Origin: Rickettsiales bacterium
GTDB lineage: Bacteria > Pseudomonadota > Alphaproteobacteria > Rickettsiales > JANQQO01
Length of the DNA stretch: 31,618 bases
Direction: 5' to 3'
Assembly (NCBI GenBank): GCA_028289305.1
Contig: JANQQO010000101.1
Coordinates: forward strand, 1-31,618
Numbering within the stretch: position 1 is the first letter of the stretch; the number at the start of each line of letters is the position of its first letter. Position numbers and translations under genes: made by a program. Below the pieces are notes generated by a model, which searched no databases, had not been told where the DNA came from, and was given only the letters and a program-made list of their open reading frames with translations. This document shows, piece after piece, positions 25,918 through 31,618 of this stretch.

Positions 25918-26214
25918 ATGTTCGAACAAAAAAACACTAAACAGGGTGAACAAAAAACGTTATCTTCACTAATAGAGTCGCGAGAGGTGGATGCGAAACC
26001 TCTTTCAGCATACGATACGCTCGTAGAGGCGATTAGGCGTTCCCATCCGGAAAAATTATCAGAAAGAGAATCTCACACCATTGCCCGGCGTCTTATGGGG
26101 TTTTGTGAGCATGTAATGAGGGTTCATGATCGACTAGAACGGGAGAAACAGCAGAATCAACTTGATAAAGAGGGGGTTCATGGCAATGTGACAGATAAAA
26201 AGCGAGGTGAATGA
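25918..26214 (+). CDS. small helical protein coupled to the recombinase
   Basis: ATG 1 nt after the DUF6362 stop; ATGA overlap with the recombinase. Confidence 0.65.
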   Translation: MFEQKNTKQGEQKTLSSLIESREVDAKPLSAYDTLVEAIRRSHPEKLSERESHTIARRLMGFCEHVMRVHDRLEREKQQNQLDKEGVHGNVTDKKRGE

Positions 26215-27809
26215 TGTCACATGCCAGTAAAGCGGTTATACTTGTAAGGGTGTCGAGTGAGGAGCAGGAAGAGGGGCATTCGCTTGATGCTCAGAAAGCC
26301 AGGCTCATTGATTATTGTGAGCGGCGAAATCTAGAAGTCCTTAATACATATACTATTATCGAATCTTCAACGCGTGGTGATCGCAAGCAGTTCATGGCAA
26401 TGCTTGAGTTTGCCAAACAGCAGAAACAAACCATCGCCATTGTTGCGGATGCGGTAGACCGCGTGCAGCGAAGCTTTAAGGATTCAGTATACCTGGATGA
26501 TTTGATCCGCCAGGAAAAGATCGAGCTGCATTTTTATCGCGAAGGTATGATTATTAACAAAGATGCCAGTGCTTCGGACATTATGCGCTGGGATTTTTCG
26601 GTTATGGGCGCAAAGAGCTACGTATTACAGCTATCAGAGAACGTGAAGCGTAGCCTGGATTGGAAATTAAAGAAGGGAGAGTGTATCGGCAGCGCCCCAC
26701 TTGGTTACCTGAATGAAAGGGATGAGGATGGCAATAGCGCTGTGGTGGTTGACCCAGTGCGTGGGCCGCTCATTCGCCGCTTCTTTTATGAATACGCAAA
26801 AGGAACATACACACTTTCTGATATGACCAGAAAATGTAAGGAATGGGGATTGCGTAGCAAAAAGGACTGCTATGTGAGCAAAGCGGTACTACATAATCTT
26901 TCACAGAACCCGTTTTATTATGGTGAGATGTATGTCAAAGGTGACTACTACTCACACAAGTATGAGCCGTTGATCACTAAGGATGTTTTTTTAGATTGTC
27001 AGGCAGTCAGAGAAGGTTGGAACAAGAAACCATTCAGATATGGCGGAAAAGAATACTTGTTTCGTGGGTTGTTGACCTGCTCTGTAACGGGCAGAATGGT
27101 GACAGCCGACACAAAAACCAAAACCTATGCTAGCGGCAAAACTGCAGAATGGACATATCTCGGCACATGGAATCCTGATAATCCGAAGCGCAAAATGTGG
27201 ATGCGCGAGGAAAAGGTGATAGAAAAAATTGACGATATACTGAAAAATATTGGGTGTCGGAATCCAGAATTGCTCGACTTGGCTGCTGCTGCAGTGAAGG
27301 AAACAAACGAGTTCAAGCAACACTACCACGATCGTGAGGTGACGGCTCTAAAGAAAGAACATGCTGATATTCAGAAAAGACTGGATCGTATGTTAGATTT
27401 GCTGGCAGAGGGCGTTATTGATAGGGAGGATTTCAAGCATAAGAAAGACCTGATGAAAAATCGACAGCGTGAAATCCTGCAGTTGATATCGGCACATGAT
27501 GGGGCAGATGAAGCCTTTTCAAATACAATGATAAAACTGTTAAGATTTGCTTCAGCAGCCCATTATGGCTTTATGGGTTCGAACCTAGAAGAAAAACGGG
27601 AACTCTTGAATTTTGTGTTTTCGAACCTGCAATTAAAAGGGACAACTCTTTGTTATTCCTTGAATTTTCCATTTGATAGGTTTGAAAATTTGGCCGAAAC
27701 AGAAGAATGGCTGGGGCGGCAGGATTCGAACCTGCGCATGCCGATACCAAAAACCGGTGCCTTACCACTTGGCTACGCCCCAATCGTCCGAAAAGAGTGC
27801 GGAGTATAA
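26211..27809 (+). CDS. large serine recombinase (resolvase + recombinase + degenerate Zn-ribbon + coiled coil)
   Basis: Catalytic 'LVRVSSEEQ', 'DAVDRVQR', 'ENVKRSL..K...G......PLGY', 'NPFYYG', 'HEP-like YEPLIT..VF', 'LFRGLLTC'. The frame continues through the antisense of tRNA-Gln. Confidence 0.92.
   Translation: MMSHASKAVILVRVSSEEQEEGHSLDAQKARLIDYCERRNLEVLNTYTIIESSTRGDRKQFMAMLEFAKQQKQTIAIVADAVDRVQRSFKDSVYLDDLIRQEKIELHFYREGMIINKDASASDIMRWDFSVMGAKSYVLQLSENVKRSLDWKLKKGECIGSAPLGYLNERDEDGNSAVVVDPVRGPLIRRFFYEYAKGTYTLSDMTRKCKEWGLRSKKDCYVSKAVLHNLSQNPFYYGEMYVKGDYYSHKYEPLITKDVFLDCQAVREGWNKKPFRYGGKEYLFRGLLTCSVTGRMVTADTKTKTYASGKTAEWTYLGTWNPDNPKRKMWMREEKVIEKIDDILKNIGCRNPELLDLAAAAVKETNEFKQHYHDREVTALKKEHADIQKRLDRMLDLLAEGVIDREDFKHKKDLMKNRQREILQLISAHDGADEAFSNTMIKLLRFASAAHYGFMGSNLEEKRELLNFVFSNLQLKGTTLCYSLNFPFDRFENLAETEEWLGRQDSNLRMPIPKTGALPLGYAPIVRKECGV
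27708..27782 (-). tRNA. tRNA-Gln (anticodon UUG), 75 nt with encoded CCA
   Basis: Reverse complement TGGGGCGTAGCCAAGTGGTAAGGCACCGGTTTTTGGTATCGGCATGCGCAGGTTCGAATCCTGCCGCCCCAGCCA: D-arm, anticodon stem CCGGT/ATCGG with TTG, T-loop GGTTCGAATCC. Confidence 0.97.
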
Positions 27810-27830
27810 TAATAAAATGCGGCAGTGCAA
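27803..27830 (-). promoter_or_regulatory. putative tRNA promoter
   Basis: Minus strand TTGCAC-N16-TATACT followed by the GC-rich discriminator CCGCAC. Confidence 0.55.
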
Positions 27831-27835
27831 ATGAT

Positions 27836-28168
27836 TTACGCAGGCGTTTTGCCGCCGGTGTTTTCTGCATTCCACTCCAGAAATGCAGGATTTCCTTCGC
27901 TAATAGGCCAGGCGACCACACATGGGCAATCATAGGAATGCTCCGCCTTAACCTGGGCAATCACCTTTTCTACTAGTTCTTTCCTGGTTTTTGCGATGAG
28001 CACGCATTCCGCCGCCGCTTCAATCGCGCCTTCCCACCAATAAAGCGATTGCATCTGCGACAGAATATTCACGCACGCAACCAGCTTCGCCTCCAACAAA
28101 CTGCGGCCCAAGCGCGTGGCTTCCTCGTGGTCTTTTGTGGTGATATATACTAGGTAAGCATCAGACAT
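27836..28168 (-). CDS. cutA: divalent-cation tolerance protein CutA
   Basis: 'EA..LGR.LLEAKLVACVNI....SLYWWEG.I....E..LIAKT', 'HSYDCPCVV'. Confidence 0.93.
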   Translation of the reverse strand: MSDAYLVYITTKDHEEATRLGRSLLEAKLVACVNILSQMQSLYWWEGAIEAAAECVLIAKTRKELVEKVIAQVKAEHSYDCPCVVAWPISEGNPAFLEWNAENTGGKTPA

Positions 28169-28349
28169 GATGCCGCAGTATAGCGCTATCCCACAACATA
28201 ATGCAATAATCCGACTTTAACCGTTTACATTTCCTGCATATTTTGCTACACAGCCCCACGCTTAATAAATCGGGTGGTATAGCAGGGTAAAAACCACGCT
28301 ATCTCCTGCGGTAAGCAAAGAAACGGCGGCATTTAAGGAAGCACCATCG

Positions 28350-29291
28350 ATGAAAATCATTACCTGCAACAGTAACCGACCACTGGCAGAAAATATCTCA
28401 AAAGAGCTGGATGTCCCTTTGGTGAATGCAGAAGTGCACCGTTTTGCCGATCAAGAAGTGTTTGTAGAGATCAAAGAAAATGTTCGTGGTGAGGATGTAT
28501 TCCTGATTCAGTCTACCTCTTACCCGGCGAATGACCATATTATGGAATTATTGGTGTGCGCTGATGCGCTGCGCCGCGCCTCAGCAAAGCGTATCACTAC
28601 GGTGATCCCGTATTTCGGCTATGCGCGGCAAGACCGTAAACCAGGGCCCCGTACCCCGATTTCCGCCAAATTGGTTGCTAATCTCATCACTGTGGCAGGG
28701 GCTAATCGCGTATTAACCTTAGACCTTCACGCAGGGCAGATTCAGGGCTTTTTCGACATCCCGCTTGATAACCTCTATGCTGCGCCTGTCTTTGTATCAG
28801 ACATCAAGAAAAACTTTACTGCTGAGGATGTTACGGTGGTTTCTCCTGATGTTGGTGGCGTGGTGCGCGCCCGTGCGATTGCGAAGCGGCTCCATACCGA
28901 TCTGGCGATTGTTGATAAACGGCGTCCACGTGCAGGATCCTCGGAAGTCATGAATATTATTGGCGATGTGCATGATAGAGATTGCATTATTGTGGATGAT
29001 ATTGTAGATACGGCCGGCACATTGTGCAATGCGGCCGAGGCGTTGATGGAAAAAGGCGCCAAATCGGTGACTGCCTATATCACCCATGGGGTGCTATCGA
29101 ACAGTGCAGCGGAGCGGGTGGCGAAGTCTTCCCTTACCTCGCTGGTGGTAACCGATAGCATCGGGGTAACAGAGGCGGTAGAAGCCGCAAAGAATATTCG
29201 GGTGCTGACGATTGCTCCGCTGATGGCCGAAGCCATGCGGCGGATTTCAGAAGAATCGTCGGTATCAAGCTTGTTTGAAGATGTTGCATAA
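28350..29291 (+). CDS. prs: ribose-phosphate pyrophosphokinase
   Basis: '[13 protein letters not shown]', '[14 protein letters not shown]', '[12 protein letters not shown]', '[14 protein letters not shown]'. Confidence 0.98.
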   Translation: MKIITCNSNRPLAENISKELDVPLVNAEVHRFADQEVFVEIKENVRGEDVFLIQSTSYPANDHIMELLVCADALRRASAKRITTVIPYFGYARQDRKPGPRTPISAKLVANLITVAGANRVLTLDLHAGQIQGFFDIPLDNLYAAPVFVSDIKKNFTAEDVTVVSPDVGGVVRARAIAKRLHTDLAIVDKRRPRAGSSEVMNIIGDVHDRDCIIVDDIVDTAGTLCNAAEALMEKGAKSVTAYITHGVLSNSAAERVAKSSLTSLVVTDSIGVTEAVEAAKNIRVLTIAPLMAEAMRRISEESSVSSLFEDVA

Positions 29292-29310
29292 GCATGAAGG
29301 AGTAAAGACA

Positions 29311-29985
29311 ATGGCAGATGCACATATATTAGAAGCAGAAACGCGTGATCGGGCTGGAAAAAGTGCCGCACGTGCTGCACGTAAAGAAGGAAAAGTGCCT
29401 GCAATCGTGTACGGCAATAAGCAGGATAACATCTCCGTGACGCTGAGCCTGCATGCATTGCGTAAGGAGCTCAACAAAGGCAGCTTCCAATCACGCGTGT
29501 TTGACATGAAGCTGGGCGATAAATCACTGCGTGTATTGCCGCGGGAGATACAGTGGCACCCCGTTACCGATATGCCAGAACATGTCGATTTCTTGAGCGT
29601 TACAGAAGGCACAACCATAGATGTGATGGTGCCGGTCATATTCCATAATCAGGAAAAATCTCCGGGTCTGAAGCGTGGTGGTGTGTTGAACGTTGTGCGC
29701 CACAAAGTCGGCGTTTCCTGTGCACCTGATGCCATTCCTGAGAAGCTGGAAGTGGATCTAACGGGTCTATCTATTGGCGATGCGGTACACGCAAGCCACA
29801 TCACCCTGCCAGAAAACGTTACCTTCACCATTTCTGATCGGGATTTCACCGTTGCGACTATCGCAGGCCGTCTCCGTAAGGAAGAAGATACGGTTGCAGC
29901 TGCTCCTGTTGAAGGAGGAGAAGCGGCTGAAGGTGAGGAGGCTGAAGGTGGTGATGAAGCAGCTGCTGAAGAGGGCGATAGCTAA
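29311..29985 (+). CDS. rplY: 50S ribosomal protein L25 / general stress protein Ctc
   Basis: 'GKSAARAARKEGKVPAIVYG', 'REIQWHPVTD...HVDF', 'PGLKRGGVL'; AAGGAG before ATG 29311. Confidence 0.96.
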   Translation: MADAHILEAETRDRAGKSAARAARKEGKVPAIVYGNKQDNISVTLSLHALRKELNKGSFQSRVFDMKLGDKSLRVLPREIQWHPVTDMPEHVDFLSVTEGTTIDVMVPVIFHNQEKSPGLKRGGVLNVVRHKVGVSCAPDAIPEKLEVDLTGLSIGDAVHASHITLPENVTFTISDRDFTVATIAGRLRKEEDTVAAAPVEGGEAAEGEEAEGGDEAAAEEGDS

Positions 29986-30007
29986 TATTTTCCCGGAAGG
30001 TAATGCC

Positions 30008-30619
30008 GTGCTACTCGTAGTGGGGCTAGGCAATCCTGAACCGCAGCACGCCAATACGCGCCATAATGCGGGTTTTATGGCGGCTGACCTAATTGCTGAG
30101 CAGTATGGTTTCTCTGCATTTAAGCAAAAATTTGATGGGCTGGTGGCCGATGGCCGCATTGGTGAGCAGAAAATCCTGCTACTCAAACCCATGACCTATA
30201 TGAATCTTTCCGGCAAATCAGTGCGCCAGGCGCTACAATTCTATAAAATCCCGTTAAGCCAGGTAATTGTCATTTATGATGAGCTAGATTTGCTGCCTGG
30301 GAAAGTACGCGTGAAAACCGGTGGGGGCAGTGGCGGACATAACGGTATTAAGGATATCGATAGCCATATCGGAAAGGAATATCACCGCGTGCGTGTGGGT
30401 ATCGGCCATCCAGGTCATAAAGATCAGGTCAGCAATTACGTGCTTAAGCCACCTAAAAAAGAGGAAAAAATAGCGATAGACGAGGCGCTACACGCGTTGG
30501 TACAGCATTTTCCGCTGATGCTGGCAGGTGATGCGGAAGCCTTCATGAGCAAGGTGGCGCTGGATACTGAGCCTCCCGCGCGCAAAAAACCTATAAAGGA
30601 GACATCGGATGGGGTTTAA
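30008..30619 (+). CDS. pth: peptidyl-tRNA hydrolase
   Basis: GTG start 'LLVVGLGNPE..HANTRHNAGF', 'KPMTYMNLSG', 'YDELDL', 'GGHNGIKDI'. Confidence 0.96.
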   Translation: MLLVVGLGNPEPQHANTRHNAGFMAADLIAEQYGFSAFKQKFDGLVADGRIGEQKILLLKPMTYMNLSGKSVRQALQFYKIPLSQVIVIYDELDLLPGKVRVKTGGGSGGHNGIKDIDSHIGKEYHRVRVGIGHPGHKDQVSNYVLKPPKKEEKIAIDEALHALVQHFPLMLAGDAEAFMSKVALDTEPPARKKPIKETSDGV

Positions 30620-31618
30620 ATGTGGTATTGTTGGCCTGCCGAATATCGGCAAATCCACGCTGTTCAACGCACTCACCAGCACAGCAGCCGCAGAAGCGGC
30701 GAATTACCCGTTTTGCACTATCGAACCCAATGTGGGCCGGGTAGCCGTGCCGGATGATCGCCTCACAAAGCTCGCAGAAATTGCTGCCTCCGCCAAAGTC
30801 ATACCCACCCAAATCGAATTTGTTGATATTGCAGGCCTGGTAAAAGGCGCGAGCAAGGGTGAGGGGCTTGGCAATCAGTTTCTATCGCATATTCGTGAGG
30901 TCGATGCGATTGTCCACGTATTGCGCTGTTTCGAAAGCGATGACGTCACCCATGTGGAAGGCAGTGTCGACCCGTTGCGCGACGCAGAAATCGTCGAAAT
31001 GGAGCTTATTCTCTCTGATCTAGAAAGCCTGGAGCGCCGCATCCCAAGCTTGGAAAAGCGCGTCGTCAGTGGCTATAAAGAAGGCAAAGATGAGCTGGAT
31101 CTGATGAAGCGCCTGCTTTCGGTGCTACAGGAAGGTAAAATGGGACGTATGGCCGAGCTCAAGAAGGGTGAGGAAAAAGCGCTGAACGCCTTACAGCTTA
31201 TTACCACCAAACCGGTGATGTATGTCTGCAATGTCGATGAAGATACGATGACTTCCGGCAATCAATACACCAATTTGGTGAAAGGCAAGGCAGAATCAGA
31301 AAATGCACCTTGCGTGGTGATCTGCGCGAAGATCGAAGAAGAAATCGCCAATCTCGAGAATGAGCAAGAAAAGCAGGATTTCTTGGAAACGCTCGGTCTT
31401 GATGAGTCAGGCTTAAGTAAAATCATCAGAGCGGGATATGGCCTGCTCAATCTCACCACCTTTTTTACCGTAGGGCCGAAAGAGGCGCGTGCTTGGACGG
31501 TGCGCTGTGGTGCCTTCGCGCCTGAGGCTGCCGGGGTCATTCATACTGATTTTGAGCGTGGATTTATCCGCGCTGAAACCATCACCTATGATGATTTTAT
31601 CACCTGCGGTGGGGAGCA
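30609..31618 (+). CDS. ychF: redox-regulated ATPase YchF (3' truncated by window; absent from the ORF track)
   Basis: ATG 30609 reads [23 protein letters not shown]...[13 protein letters not shown]...[22 protein letters not shown]. Confidence 0.97.
   Translation, partial: MGFKCGIVGLPNIGKSTLFNALTSTAAAEAANYPFCTIEPNVGRVAVPDDRLTKLAEIAASAKVIPTQIEFVDIAGLVKGASKGEGLGNQFLSHIREVDAIVHVLRCFESDDVTHVEGSVDPLRDAEIVEMELILSDLESLERRIPSLEKRVVSGYKEGKDELDLMKRLLSVLQEGKMGRMAELKKGEEKALNALQLITTKPVMYVCNVDEDTMTSGNQYTNLVKGKAESENAPCVVICAKIEEEIANLENEQEKQDFLETLGLDESGLSKIIRAGYGLLNLTTFFTVGPKEARAWTVRCGAFAPEAAGVIHTDFERGFIRAETITYDDFITCGGE

Larger units (their letters stand above)
23198..27782 (+). mobile_element. compact integrative element (regulator-rep-DUF6362-serine recombinase) at tRNA-Gln; left boundary undefined
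   Basis: Co-oriented phage-type genes ending in a large serine recombinase that abuts the tRNA 3' end; no attL copy found by eye. Confidence 0.7.

Noticed and set aside
27707-27976. ORF MAGAAGFEPAHADTKNRC... and the minus-strand ORF 27571-27960
   Set aside because: Typical tRNA-overlap translation artefacts; unlike the recombinase read-through they have no upstream domain or RBS.
29774-30007. 78-aa N-terminal extension of Pth in the ORF track
   Set aside because: Overlaps rplY in another frame; Pth homology begins at GTG 30008.

Overview
The window looks like an alphaproteobacterial chromosome segment (CtrA-type box, FeuPQ-like two-component system, RcGTA-like tail genes). It is a ~27.7 kb accessory region abutting a minus-strand tRNA-Gln(UUG) gene (27708-27782), followed by the housekeeping block cutA, prs, rplY, pth, ychF. 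Block 1 (1-7855) is a GTA-like/prophage tail-baseplate and lysis module interrupted by an antisense DinJ-YafQ toxin-antitoxin pair. Block 2 (7923-17690) is an envelope cluster: nfeD-slipin, PepSY-response regulator-histidine kinase, OM beta-barrel, M48/TPR lipoprotein, a second lipoprotein and an RTX Ca-binding protein. Two of its promoters share an identical TTCA-N7-TTCA box geometry. Block 3 (17872-20443) is an XRE/lipoprotein module divergent from a DMT transporter. Block 4 (20465-22932) is a four-gene operon of unknowns, including an expanded sulfotransferase-like protein, behind a perfect CtrA box. Block 5 (23198-27809) is a compact capsid-less element: DNA-binding protein, rep protein with a C-terminal DnaA domain-I-like region and internal iteron-like repeats, DUF6362, a small ORF, and a large serine recombinase. 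The recombinase frame runs antisense through the whole tRNA, and its 3' end carries helically phased copies of the tRNA T-arm sequence. All family assignments are by motif recognition from memory; no searches were run.
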